64,000 bases of DNA, taken from contig JBGARZ010000004.1 of assembly GCA_044229975.1 (NCBI GenBank), positions 224,001-288,000 on the forward strand, written 5' to 3'. Shown here one piece after another: positions 29,479 to 38,997 of this stretch (the stretch's first letter is position 1; every line of letters starts with the position of its first letter). The stretch comes from Polyangiales bacterium (GTDB lineage Bacteria; Myxococcota_A; Polyangia; Polyangiales; Ga0077539). Under the pieces are notes generated by a model that made no database searches, was not told the origin of the DNA, and saw only the letters and a list, made by a program, of their open reading frames with translations. A program made the position numbers and the translations under genes.

Positions 29479-30048
29479 CTACGGCGTCGCGGCCGTATTC
29501 GCGAGGACGACGTCGATCACCGGAGCGTAGGCCCGCCACGCCAGGGAGAGTTCTTCGATCAGCTTGTCCCGATACTCGTCAAACGAGTCGGGAACTTCCG
29601 GCCCGGGCAGCACGTAGCCGAGAGCCGCATACCATGAGGTGGTCCGGTGGTTCCGCGCCAACCGGGCTGTCTTCATGGCATCTGAGCTACGCAGCGCCAA
29701 TCCCAGGGGATCAGCGTTTCGACAGACCACCCCGACGTAGGGAGGCTCTCCCGGGCCGAGGGTCACCGACCAGCGGTGCCATTGAAGTGCGACGCACACG
29801 CGAGGCTGCCCGGAGTCGTGGAGAGGCCACGTCGGCCGAACGAGCTGGTAGGTCGGCCACTCCTCGTCGGGGTCGATGCGAGCGTTGAGCTGGACGCCCA
29901 GCGCCTGCGTCGTCTCCGCGATCATCGGGCGTAGGCCGTCCAGCCACTCGTCGAGCGCCGCGGTCGCTTCCTTCTTCAATGCCGCCCACTCCTCGATGCG
30001 TTCCCGGTGGCGGAGGTAGAAGCGGACCCGCTCGTCATGGATGGTCAT
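29479..30048 (-). CDS. Hypothetical protein coupled to the upstream nuclease
   Basis: Protein-like ORF whose start overlaps the nuclease stop (TGATG). Confidence 0.7.
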   Translation of the reverse strand: MTIHDERVRFYLRHRERIEEWAALKKEATAALDEWLDGLRPMIAETTQALGVQLNARIDPDEEWPTYQLVRPTWPLHDSGQPRVCVALQWHRWSVTLGPGEPPYVGVVCRNADPLGLALRSSDAMKTARLARNHRTTSWYAALGYVLPGPEVPDSFDEYRDKLIEELSLAWRAYAPVIDVVLANTAATP

Positions 30049-30788
30049 CAGAACTCCCGGTCGAGGGTTCGAAGGTAGGACTCAACGACGCGCCGACCCT
30101 CCGTGATCCCGCTGCGTGGCTGGGGCGCATCGACCGCTCGCAGCGAACGAGAGAGCACGTCGTGGAGCTGTCGGTAGCTCATGGATCGGAACGCCTTCGC
30201 CGCCTCGCCGGTTGCGCTGACCGGGGGACGACCCTCGGGCGTGAGGAAGACGAAGCGGGCGCCCGGGTCTGACTTGAACGCTTCGAAGTACGCATCGCAT
30301 TGACGGTGTCCCTCCGGTGCGTCGACCTTGTTCTCGACGACGAGGGTGAGCTCGTAGCCCGCGCGCACCACCACGTCGATGCGGCAGTCCCCTCGCTGCT
30401 CTTCGCGGCGTGTCCGCGCGTGAGGCAGCGCGAGGACGAGCGCGTCTGACAAACCCTCGGGGTACGCCTCGCGGAGAAACTCGCGGAGCCCGACGGGGCC
30501 GAGGCCGTGACGACCGCAGGGATCGAGCAGCCACGCAATCATCGTCGAGTGGGGCAACTCGTCCCTGCGCAAGCCGAGGACGCCGAAGGTGTCGTCGGGG
30601 CCGTGAAGCCACTGCCCGCGGGCCCGCAGGGCATCCTCTTCGGCCGCGATGACGTTGTAGCCATGACGCCATTCCGAGAGGATGTCGGCCGAGCGCGCCT
30701 CGATGACGAGCCACTGCGCCAACAGACTCTCGAACTCCTCGTCGGAGCTTCGCAGGTGCGACGCCGTAATCCGCCCGGACGAGGACAT
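30048..30788 (-). CDS. PD-(D/E)XK nuclease family protein (PDDEXK_4-like)
   Basis: 'ELPHSTMIAWLLDP...HGLG', 'RIDV', 'VVENKV', 'RQCDAY', 'FVFLTPEG'. Confidence 0.85.
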   Translation of the reverse strand: MSSSGRITASHLRSSDEEFESLLAQWLVIEARSADILSEWRHGYNVIAAEEDALRARGQWLHGPDDTFGVLGLRRDELPHSTMIAWLLDPCGRHGLGPVGLREFLREAYPEGLSDALVLALPHARTRREEQRGDCRIDVVVRAGYELTLVVENKVDAPEGHRQCDAYFEAFKSDPGARFVFLTPEGRPPVSATGEAAKAFRSMSYRQLHDVLSRSLRAVDAPQPRSGITEGRRVVESYLRTLDREF

Positions 30789-30940
30789 CTCGATGCGGCT
30801 ATCACCGGGCAGGCTTTTGCTGCAACGGAAACGTGCGCTCCGCGGATCGGTCGCCCAGCCTCCATCGGGACACCCCATGCCGGGCGGCACCCGAGCACGC
30901 AGCGACGACAGCATCGCGACGCTCGCGGTACGGTCGCGCG

Positions 30941-31918
30941 ATGGGCTACATCCCGCCGGACGCGAAGTGGTACCTGGCCGACGTGGTGGAGGTGATACGG
31001 GTGGGCGACGACCCTCGGCAGGTGGTGCACGTCAACCTGCACCTCGTGCGCGCCGACTCCCCGAGCGAGGCGTACGAAAAGGCGCTCGCGATCGGGCGGC
31101 AGGGTGAGCAGCGCTACCTCAACCCCGCTGGACAGGAAGTGCACACGGAGTTCGTCGGGCTGCGCGGGCTCAACGTCATCCACGAGCCGTTGGAGGATGG
31201 CGCCGAGCTGATCTACGACGAGCGCATCGTGTCGTCGCGCGCCGAGGCGGAGGCGCTCACCGTGAAGCGCTCCGAGCTCGCGGTCTTCGCGCCCATCGAG
31301 CCGGGAGACCATCCCGACTACGCCTGTGCGGAAGTCCTCGCGGAGGTCTACCAGCGCGTGCAGTCGATGCGCGACGCGATGCGTCTCACCACCCCGCGGC
31401 TCGTGCTCGAACCGCTCGTCCCCGACCACGCCGACGCCCTCTTCGCGGGGCTCTCCGACCCGCTTCTCTACACGTACATCCCGGGCAACCCGCCGGTCTC
31501 GGTCGAGACGCTGCGGGCGCGATACACCCGCCTGGAGTCGCGCTGGTCGCCCGACGGTCTGGAGCGCTGGCTCAACTGGGCGGTGCGCCTGTCCGATGGT
31601 GCGTACGTCGGGCTCGCCGAGGCCACGGTGCGCGCCGATCAGCGGGCGAGCGTCGCGTACTTCGTGTTCGCGGAGTTCATGCGACGGGGCTACGGCGCCG
31701 AGGCCACGGGCGCGGTGGTGCGCTACCTCGTCGACGAGCTCAAGGTGCGCGGCGTCGAGGCACAGATCGACACCCGCAACGCGGCCTCGCAGCGTCTCGT
31801 CGAGCGCGTGGGCTTCGTCCGGGTGCGCATCGAGCGCGACGCCGACACCTTCAAGGGATCATCCAGCGACGAGTACATCTACGAGTGGCCGATGGACGCG
31901 CTCACGGCGTCGCGATGA
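30941..31918 (+). CDS. DUF4288-like domain fused to a RimJ/RimL-type GNAT acetyltransferase
   Basis: N-part 'WYLA...LVRADSPSEAYEKA...YLNPAG...EDGAEL'; C-part 'LTTPRLVLEP', 'RRGYGAEA', 'NAASQRLVERVGF'. Confidence 0.75.
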   Translation: MGYIPPDAKWYLADVVEVIRVGDDPRQVVHVNLHLVRADSPSEAYEKALAIGRQGEQRYLNPAGQEVHTEFVGLRGLNVIHEPLEDGAELIYDERIVSSRAEAEALTVKRSELAVFAPIEPGDHPDYACAEVLAEVYQRVQSMRDAMRLTTPRLVLEPLVPDHADALFAGLSDPLLYTYIPGNPPVSVETLRARYTRLESRWSPDGLERWLNWAVRLSDGAYVGLAEATVRADQRASVAYFVFAEFMRRGYGAEATGAVVRYLVDELKVRGVEAQIDTRNAASQRLVERVGFVRVRIERDADTFKGSSSDEYIYEWPMDALTASR

Positions 31919-32003
31919 GCCGCGCGCGCATGATGCGGTGGCCCCGGCCGATGGCCTTCGCGGCGGCTCCCCTAGACGCCCGCGCTGAGGTAGTAGTTAC
32001 CGG

Positions 32004-32711
32004 ATGGCCACACTACCGCACGACGCCTGGTACGACGTACCGGTCCCCGACGTGAGCGGCCTTGTCACGGAGGACGACACCCCGGTGGACAACCTCTACT
32101 CGGAGAAGCAGCAGCGTCTGCTCACCGCGCCGTTGTACGCCGGATGGAAGGCGCCTCCCGGTGACGACGGCGCCCCTGCGACCTTTGTCGCGATGGCCAA
32201 CATCGGCCTCTTTGCGACGGCGAAGGAGCCGCCGCTCGTCCCCGACGTGCTGGTCAGCGTCGACGTGCAGGCCCCCGATGACATCTGGCTCAAGGAGCAC
32301 CGATCGTACTTCGTCTGGGAGTACGGCAAGGTGCCCGACGTCGTCATCGAGGTGGTCTCCAACCGCGAGGGCGGCGAACTCTCGACGCAGCTCCGGCGCT
32401 ACGCCCACATGCGCGTGCCGTTCTATGTGGTGTGGGATCCGGCGAAGATCCTGGGCGGCGCTGAGCTCCACGCTTTTCAACTCGACGGCAGGGTGTATGC
32501 GCCCGTCGAGCGGGCGTGGGTCCCGCAGCTTCAACTCGAACTCCTTCCCTGGGATGGCGTCTTCGAGACCTGTCCAGAGCGCTGGTTGCGTTGGCACGAC
32601 AGTCAGGGCGCGGTGGTGCCCACCGGCGATGAGCGCGCTGACGTCGAGCGCACCCGCGCCGAACGGCTCGCCGCGAAGCTCCGCGAGCTCGGCATCGACC
32701 CCGACGAGTAA
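32004..32711 (+). CDS. Uma2 family endonuclease
   Basis: 'TEDDTPVDN', 'PDVLVS', 'PDVVIEVVS', 'YVVWDP', tail 'RAERLAAKLRELGIDP'. Confidence 0.9.
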   Translation: MATLPHDAWYDVPVPDVSGLVTEDDTPVDNLYSEKQQRLLTAPLYAGWKAPPGDDGAPATFVAMANIGLFATAKEPPLVPDVLVSVDVQAPDDIWLKEHRSYFVWEYGKVPDVVIEVVSNREGGELSTQLRRYAHMRVPFYVVWDPAKILGGAELHAFQLDGRVYAPVERAWVPQLQLELLPWDGVFETCPERWLRWHDSQGAVVPTGDERADVERTRAERLAAKLRELGIDPDE

Positions 32712-32743
32712 CCGTCAATGCCGGTGGCTACGTAGCCCACCGC

Positions 32744-33520
32744 ATGCCCGCTGACGTCCTCCGCTCCGCCGCCGCGCTCTCGTCCCTCGTCGTCGTCGCT
32801 GCCCTCATGGTCACGGCCGGCGTCGGTCACGCCCAGCCTCGCCCGTCGCCGCGCCCCTTCGCGCTGGTCGAGCTCTTCACCTCCGAGGGGTGCAGCAGTT
32901 GCCCTCCCGCCGACGACGCCCTCGCGGCGATCGCCGACGACGCGCGACGCTCCAGCGCGGAGGTCTACGCGCTCTCGTTCCACGTCGACTACTGGGACGA
33001 GATCGGCTGGCCCGACCCCTTCAGCTCGCCCGCCAACACCCGCCGACAGCAGGCGTACGCGCGCGCCCTCGGCGGCGGAACCTACACCCCCGAGATGGTC
33101 GTCAACGGCGCCGAGGCATTCGTGGGCAGCGACCGCGCGCACGCCCGGCGATCCATCGACGCGGCCCTCGCCCAACCGACGGGCGTCGCCATCGCGCTGT
33201 CCGTCGAACGCGGCGCCGATCAGCTCACCGCCCACTGCCGCGTGACGGGGTCTCCGCCCGGCGCCGTCGTCGGCGTGGCCTGGGTCGAGGCGTCGCGGGA
33301 GGTCGACGTGCGCCGCGGTGAAAACGCCGGGCGCCGGCTGCGACACGTCAACGTCGTGCGCGCATGGTCGACGCTCCCACTCAACGCCGACGGAACCACC
33401 AGCCACACGCTCACGGCTCCGGCCGGGGTGCGTGGCGACGAGGTCGTCGCGTGGGTGCAGCAGGGCGCCGCGGGACGGGCGCTCGCGGCGACACGATGGG
33501 TCAACGTCGCGCGGCGATGA
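32744..33520 (+). CDS. DUF1223 thioredoxin-like exported protein
   Basis: 'VELFTSEGCSSCPPAD', 'HVDYWD', 'YTPEMVVNG', 'RGENAG...H.NVVR'. Confidence 0.9.
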   Translation: MPADVLRSAAALSSLVVVAALMVTAGVGHAQPRPSPRPFALVELFTSEGCSSCPPADDALAAIADDARRSSAEVYALSFHVDYWDEIGWPDPFSSPANTRRQQAYARALGGGTYTPEMVVNGAEAFVGSDRAHARRSIDAALAQPTGVAIALSVERGADQLTAHCRVTGSPPGAVVGVAWVEASREVDVRRGENAGRRLRHVNVVRAWSTLPLNADGTTSHTLTAPAGVRGDEVVAWVQQGAAGRALAATRWVNVARR

Positions 33521-34325
33521 TGAAGTCCGCGATGACGCCGACCACGCCGGGCTGCGGGACGAACATCCCGGTGCCATGCGCACCAGGGTCGTACTCGCGA
33601 AACACCCAGCGCTCGGGCGCACCCGGCTGAAGTCCGGCGCTCCAGGCGCGCTCGACCCGCGAGTACACGAAGAGCGTGGGCGTGACGTCGAGGCGCGACC
33701 GGCGGCTGGCGTAGGGCGTCTGCGCCTCGGTGTACGAGCCGCCCGTCAAGAACACCATCGCCGCCGGGCGCTCGCCCTCACCCGCCGAGACTGTGTAGTC
33801 GACGACGGAGGCGGAGCCGTTGGAGGCGCCGACGAGGGTGACGCGCGCCGGGTCGACGGCGCATGGCAGCGACGTGAGAAACGCCACCGCCGCCCGCACG
33901 TCGAGCGCCCCTCCGGGCCCGAGGTAGGCGTCGCGGGGGTTGCCCTCGGACTGACCCGCGCCGCGGCGATCGAGGTTGAGCACGGTGATGCCGCGCGCGA
34001 CGAGAGCCTCGACGACGGAGCCGGGGTAGTTGGCGCGGTCGTTGGCGGGCGGAATCATGTGCAGCAGCACGGCGGCGGGCCCGTTGGCGCTACCCGTGGT
34101 CGCGAGGTCGGCTTCGAGGCGCACGCCGTCGCTGGTGGTGAACGAGACGACCGAGGTCGCGGCCTCGCAGCGCGCCGGGATGTCCTTGGCGACGCCGACG
34201 TCCACCGCGACCGGTGCATCCACCACGGCGGGGACGTCCGCGGTCATCGGGACGTCGCGGGGCGGGTCGGGCGTTCGCTCGCAGGCGTTGAGGGCGAGGG
34301 CGAGGGCGAGGGGGCGGGCGTTCAT
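33501..34325 (-). CDS. Alpha/beta hydrolase lipoprotein
   Basis: 'LNAC' lipobox, 'DRRGAGQS', nucleophile elbow 'GASNG', 'AHGT'. Confidence 0.85.
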   Translation of the reverse strand: MNARPLALALALNACERTPDPPRDVPMTADVPAVVDAPVAVDVGVAKDIPARCEAATSVVSFTTSDGVRLEADLATTGSANGPAAVLLHMIPPANDRANYPGSVVEALVARGITVLNLDRRGAGQSEGNPRDAYLGPGGALDVRAAVAFLTSLPCAVDPARVTLVGASNGSASVVDYTVSAGEGERPAAMVFLTGGSYTEAQTPYASRRSRLDVTPTLFVYSRVERAWSAGLQPGAPERWVFREYDPGAHGTGMFVPQPGVVGVIADFIIAARR

Positions 34326-34333
34326 GGGCGTCG

Positions 34334-35305
34334 GTGCCATACGCGGTGGGGGTGTCATCGGTTACGACGCTGTCAGTCGTCGCAGGCGTCGCCGCGACGA
34401 CGAGGTGCTCCACGGACGCGCCCGACCTGCCTCGGGGCCCATCGGGGCAGGCTGCGGCGTCTCATGAAGTGCTCACCTGGGAGGCGCTCGTCGCCAACGT
34501 GTCGATGGGGCGGTGCCGCCCCACGCCGGGCGGTGCGTGGTCCCTGCGGCTGGTGTCGACAGAGTACGGCGAGCGGCGCTACGAGCTGCTGCACGTCGAT
34601 CGCGAGGGGCGCGCGGTCGTCGCGCGGGAGCCGGCGTGGCGACGGCCGTCGGTGATGGTTCCGTGGAGCTTCGAGACGCACGGCAACGAGTGGGACGAGA
34701 ACTTTCGCGTCCTCCAGGGCGCCAGCGACTTCGACTTCGACGACGACGGCGAGCCCGAGCTCGTGCTGTGGGAGCACTGGGATGGTCGTCGCGGCGGTGG
34801 CTTCTCGCTGAAGGCGTTTCGCTACGCGCGGGGGCGGGCGCTGCCCTTCGCACTGCCCGCGGGCGCCCAGGGCATGCACGACGTCGACGGGGACGGCCGG
34901 CCCGACGTCGTCATCGAGCACCACGGCTTCGACTGGCTCGGGTGCGAGGGGAGCGACGACTGGGAAACCGAGAGCGTCGAGGGGCCGACCACCGTCGCGC
35001 GCTCACTGCCGGGCGGGGTCTTCTCCGTGCGCGACCCGGCGGTCGAGAACCTGCGCGAGTGCGGGCCGCGGTCGGTGCCCATCGTGGTGCGCGCCGAGAG
35101 GACCGTGGTGGACGAGGCGGCGACGGCCCGCAACGTGGTGTGCGCGGGCGCGTGGGGCGTTCCGCGGGCGCAGATCGTGGCGGCGCTGCGGGGGTGCAAC
35201 GAGTTCTCGTCGGCGCGGGAGTGCGATGAGGAGGGAATGGCGTCGAGGGCCAATGAGTGCCGCCACCGGCGCCTGCTGCTGGAGTGGGCGTCGTGGTTTC
35301 CGTAG
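34334..35305 (+). CDS. Hypothetical protein with DxDxDG (FG-GAP-like) motifs; start uncertain
   Basis: 'DFDDDGEPEL', 'DVDGDGRPDV'; coding-like codon usage. Confidence 0.55.
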   Translation: MPYAVGVSSVTTLSVVAGVAATTRCSTDAPDLPRGPSGQAAASHEVLTWEALVANVSMGRCRPTPGGAWSLRLVSTEYGERRYELLHVDREGRAVVAREPAWRRPSVMVPWSFETHGNEWDENFRVLQGASDFDFDDDGEPELVLWEHWDGRRGGGFSLKAFRYARGRALPFALPAGAQGMHDVDGDGRPDVVIEHHGFDWLGCEGSDDWETESVEGPTTVARSLPGGVFSVRDPAVENLRECGPRSVPIVVRAERTVVDEAATARNVVCAGAWGVPRAQIVAALRGCNEFSSARECDEEGMASRANECRHRRLLLEWASWFP

Positions 35306-35319
35306 ACCGTCGCATCATA

Positions 35320-35552
35320 GGGGACTCGGAGCAGGCGATGGCGGCAGGGGAATGTTGAGGGGCCGCAAGGGCGCGAGGGTCGCAAGGGGTGTGCTGTTCA
35401 AGAGGGCGGGTGAGCGGAGTGGGCTTCCGTGCCAACAACTTCACGACCCTCGCGCTCGCCTGCACCCATCACTCCTCAACAACACCCCTTGCGACCCTTG
35501 CGCCCTTGCGGCCCATCATCGCTCCTCTGCCGCCAACGCCGACTCGGACCCC
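35320..35552. repeat. Long imperfect palindrome (REP/MITE-like element)
   Basis: 33-bp arms at 35360-35392 and 35482-35514 are reverse complements with one mismatch; weaker pairing extends outward. Confidence 0.8.
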
Positions 35553-35609
35553 CGCTCTAGCTCTGCGCGCAGTTGACCGCCGACCCGCCGTCCGTGATCG
35601 ACTCGCACG

Positions 35610-36428
35610 ATGACCACCGACATCACGACCTCCATCGACGCGTGGCTGCGAGCCGACGCCGACGCCCGACGAGAAGCCACCGCGCGCGTCGCGGCGCGCG
35701 TGGGCGGCGCAGCAGCGGAGCGCGACGGGCGCCCCGTCGTGGTGCTCGACGGCGTGGTGATGGCCATCGTCCCTGGTGGCACCGTCACGCTCGGTTGGGA
35801 CGCTTCGCGACCCCTCGGGCTGACCGACGATCAGCGTGAGGCCATCGCCGAAGATCCCGACACCATGGAGCCCATCGAAGGGACGATGGCGTACTACCTG
35901 ACGCCGACGCGCCGGGTGACCATCGCGCCCTTCCTCTTGGAACTCGAACCGCGCCCCATCGCTGAGTGGTCGGCGGCGCTCGACGGCTCGGCCGACCTGC
36001 TGCGCAGCGTGGCGGAGGCGGTCGCCCAACGCGGGTTTCGCCTGCCCACCGATGACGAGTGGGAGCACGCCGCGCGGGCGGGGACGGAGACGTTGTTCCG
36101 TTGGGGAGACGTGTGGCCGGATGGGATTCCGTTCGGAGACGAGACGACCTTCGCGGGGCATCGCGAGCGCAACGCCCTCGGGCTGCGGTTGCTCGACGAC
36201 CCCTATCAGGTCGAGGTGGTGTCCGCGCCGCTCGGCTTTCGCGGTGGCGATGGCGGAACCGCGGTGTGTGGCGGCCGACCGCAGCCGGAGACGTGGATGA
36301 CCTTCGCGTCGGCGTTTCGCTGGCCGCGCGCCCTCTGGGAGGACGTCGTTGCGGAGACCGCCGAGTCGGCGTGGATACGTCGCGCGCGCGCGATCGATCG
36401 GGTGATGCTCAGCGCCCCGCGGAGTTGA
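35610..36428 (+). CDS. SUMF1/FGE-sulfatase domain-like protein
   Basis: 'VPGGTVTLG', 'RLPTDDEWEHAARAG', 'FRWGD', 'NALGL'. Confidence 0.75.
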   Translation: MTTDITTSIDAWLRADADARREATARVAARVGGAAAERDGRPVVVLDGVVMAIVPGGTVTLGWDASRPLGLTDDQREAIAEDPDTMEPIEGTMAYYLTPTRRVTIAPFLLELEPRPIAEWSAALDGSADLLRSVAEAVAQRGFRLPTDDEWEHAARAGTETLFRWGDVWPDGIPFGDETTFAGHRERNALGLRLLDDPYQVEVVSAPLGFRGGDGGTAVCGGRPQPETWMTFASAFRWPRALWEDVVAETAESAWIRRARAIDRVMLSAPRS

Positions 36429-36909
36429 AGCGCTGCACCGTGCCCGTCCAGGTGCCGTCGCTCCACGCGATGTCTTCGAAGTCACCGCCCGTGTACGCGC
36501 CGATCACGCGTCGCCAGAACGCCGTCGCCGCCACGTTGCTCACCTGCTGGCGCACCTCCCAGGGCCCGCGAAAACGCTCAAACGCCGCGACCGCCGCGCG
36601 CTGTCCCACCCCGCGCCGCCGATGCCCACGCGCCACGAAGAACTCCACCATGTCGTGCACGCCGCTCGCGCCCGTGAGGCGGCTGCGCTCCTGGATGAGC
36701 GCGAAGCCCGCGAGCCCGCCATCGACGCGTAGCAGGAAGGCGTGGCGCCACGGGTCGGCCCAATAAGCATCGAACGCGCGCCCCTCGAAGCGACCATCGT
36801 CGCCCAGCGGGAGGTGCATCTGCTCGCTGAAGTCATGGACGTAGAGCTGCCAGAGCTGGTCGAGGACGACGCGATCCGCAGGGGTCGTCGGGGCGAGCGT
36901 GACGTTCAT
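36409..36909 (-). CDS. GNAT family N-acetyltransferase
   Basis: 'LYVHDFSE', 'EFFVARGHRRRGVG', 'NVAATAFWRRV'. Confidence 0.88.
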   Translation of the reverse strand: MNVTLAPTTPADRVVLDQLWQLYVHDFSEQMHLPLGDDGRFEGRAFDAYWADPWRHAFLLRVDGGLAGFALIQERSRLTGASGVHDMVEFFVARGHRRRGVGQRAAVAAFERFRGPWEVRQQVSNVAATAFWRRVIGAYTGGDFEDIAWSDGTWTGTVQRFNSAGR

Positions 36910-36955
36910 GGAGTGGTCCCGATCGTAGTCCAGGTCGGTGCTACGGTCGGCCGCG

Positions 36956-37175
36956 ATGCCCTCCGACGACGCGCCCGCGACCATCGACTTCTACGCAGTG
37001 GGTGACGAGTACGGCGAGTTCTCCAACTTCGCGCCGTACCCCATTCGCGTGAGCGGGAAGTCGTGGCCGACGCGCGCCTCGTGGAGCACACCGACAACGA
37101 CGTGTTCTGGGGCGACGGCGGCGACGGCAGTGGCCACAACATGCTCGGTCGGCTCTTGATGGAGCAGCGGCCGGG
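36956..37175 (+). pseudogene. NADAR/YbiA family pseudogene with internal deletion and frameshift
   Basis: One frame gives 'IDFY...YGEFSNFAPYPI...WPT'; another gives 'DARLVEHTDNDVFWGDGGDGSGHNMLGRLLM'; the middle is missing. Confidence 0.85.
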
Positions 37176-37200
37176 CGCGATGGCATCGTATGGCTGCGCC

Positions 37201-38472
37201 TCACCCCCGCAGCCGAACCTCCACCGCCCGCGCGTGCGCTTCCAGCCCTTCGGCCCGCGCGAAGCTCGCGATCGCGCCCGCGTGCTTCTCCAATGAAGCC
37301 CGGTCGTATCGGATGACCGACGTTCGCACCATGAAGTCGTACACCCCGAGCGGCGAGCTGAAGCGCACCGCCCCTCCCGTCGGCAACACGTGCGACGGCC
37401 CCGCGAGGTAGTCCCCCGCCGCCTCCGGCGTCCAGTCGCCCAGAAACGCCGCGCCCGCCGCGCCCACGCGCGTGAGCATCGCCTCCGGGTCGCGCACCAG
37501 CAGCGCCAGGTGCTCCGACGCGAGCGCCGTCACCACCCGCGCCGCTTCATCGAGGTCACCCACCACGAAGGCATGTCCATTGGACCTCACCGACGCCTCC
37601 GCGATGTCCCTTCGGGGAAGCGCCGCGAGCTGCGTCTCCAGCGCCGCCAGCGCCCGCCGCGCGACGTCCTCGGTCGTCGCCACGAGCAGCGGATACGCCG
37701 CCTCGTCGTGCTCGGCCTGCGACAACAGGTCGGCCGCCACCACCTCCGGGTCGGCGCCCTCGTCGGCCACCACGAGGATCTCCGACGGGCCGGCGATGCC
37801 ATCGATGGCGACGCGCCCGAAGACCATCTTCTTGGCGCACGCCACGTAGAGGTTGCCAGGCCCGACGATCTTGTCGACGCGCGGAACCGTCGCCGTCCCA
37901 TACGCCAGCGCCCCGACGGCCTGCGCGCCGCCCATGTCGAACACCCGCGCCACGCCCGCGATGGACGCCGCCGCGAGGATCTCCGCCGTCGGACGCGGCG
38001 TCGCCAGCAGCACCTCGCCGACGCCCGCGACGGCCGCCGGAATCGCCGACATCAGCACGCTCGACGGGTACCGCGCCTTGCCGCCCGGCGCGTACACGCC
38101 GACCCGCGAGAGCGGTCGCACGCGCCAGCCCAGCGACACGCCGTCGTCGTCGGTGTAGCGAAGGCCGCGCTCCACCTGCCGCTCGTGGAAGGCGCGGATG
38201 CGATCGGCGGACAAGCGCAGCACCGCGACGAGCGCCGGGTCGAGCGTGGCGAGCGCGCGGGCCATCTCGTCGGGGCCGTAGACGAAGGGCGCGGGGACGG
38301 CGCCGTCATACTTGAGGGAGTATTCGCGGAGGGCCTCGTCGCCGCGCGTTCGCACCGCGTGGAGGATCTCGGTGACGGCGGGTGTGACCCGGTCGAGGTC
38401 GTCGTCGCCGCGGTCGGTGAGGCGGGCGAGGGTGGCGTCGTAGTCGGGCGTCGCGCGGAGGTGCAGCTTCAT
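37201..38472 (-). CDS. hisD: Histidinol dehydrogenase
   Basis: 'GVYAPGG', 'GGAQAVGALAYG', 'KIVGPGN', 'AGPSE', 'DLLSQAEHD', 'GPSHVLPT'. Confidence 0.96.
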   Translation of the reverse strand: MKLHLRATPDYDATLARLTDRGDDDLDRVTPAVTEILHAVRTRGDEALREYSLKYDGAVPAPFVYGPDEMARALATLDPALVAVLRLSADRIRAFHERQVERGLRYTDDDGVSLGWRVRPLSRVGVYAPGGKARYPSSVLMSAIPAAVAGVGEVLLATPRPTAEILAAASIAGVARVFDMGGAQAVGALAYGTATVPRVDKIVGPGNLYVACAKKMVFGRVAIDGIAGPSEILVVADEGADPEVVAADLLSQAEHDEAAYPLLVATTEDVARRALAALETQLAALPRRDIAEASVRSNGHAFVVGDLDEAARVVTALASEHLALLVRDPEAMLTRVGAAGAAFLGDWTPEAAGDYLAGPSHVLPTGGAVRFSSPLGVYDFMVRTSVIRYDRASLEKHAGAIASFARAEGLEAHARAVEVRLRG

Positions 38473-38516
38473 CGGGGTGCGGAGAGTGGAGGCGACCGGG
38501 TCGGGTCGCAACCACT

Positions 38517-38882
38517 TCAGCGCTTGCGAGCAGTGCCCGCGTCGGCGGTCGCCGGTGGCGGCAGTCGCGGCGGCGGGGCGCCGTAGACCTCCGCGCTACT
38601 GCCGGGGTCGTCGGGCGGGGAGCGCGGCGTCGTGGTGGCTCCCGCGTCGACGGCGATGGGCGGCGGGGCTCCATACACCGCGGCCACCTGCGGCTGTCGG
38701 CACGCTTCGGCGAGCGCGGCCGAGCCGAGCAGCAGCATCGCCGAGCGGGACAGCCGCGGCCCATCGACGCGCGGCGCCTCGGGGACGTCGGGCGTGAGGG
38801 CTGCGGCGCAGAAGGGGCACGCCGACTCGGTGTGCCGCACGTGACGATCGCAGGCGGGGCAGGGGCGGAGCGGCTGGTACAT
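38517..38882 (-). CDS. Small protein with CxxC...CxxC N-terminus and two VYGAPP motifs
   Basis: 'CPACDRHV...CPFC', hydrophobic stretch ending 'EAC', 'AVYGAPPP', 'EVYGAPPP'. Confidence 0.7.
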   Translation of the reverse strand: MYQPLRPCPACDRHVRHTESACPFCAAALTPDVPEAPRVDGPRLSRSAMLLLGSAALAEACRQPQVAAVYGAPPPIAVDAGATTTPRSPPDDPGSSAEVYGAPPPRLPPPATADAGTARKR

Positions 38883-38997
38883 GGCGACGAGTGGAGCAAC
38901 GGACCGAGCGCGGCGTCAATGCACGCGCGCCGCGACGCTCACGGCACGACGGTCGGTGCCCGCTCGCAGTTGGCGACGACTCGGCGATACTCGCGCG

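Noticed and set aside
27000..33000. Single mobile defence island
   Set aside because: Defence-like genes are interleaved with a native-looking ABC1 kinase; no integrase, tRNA or flanking direct repeats seen
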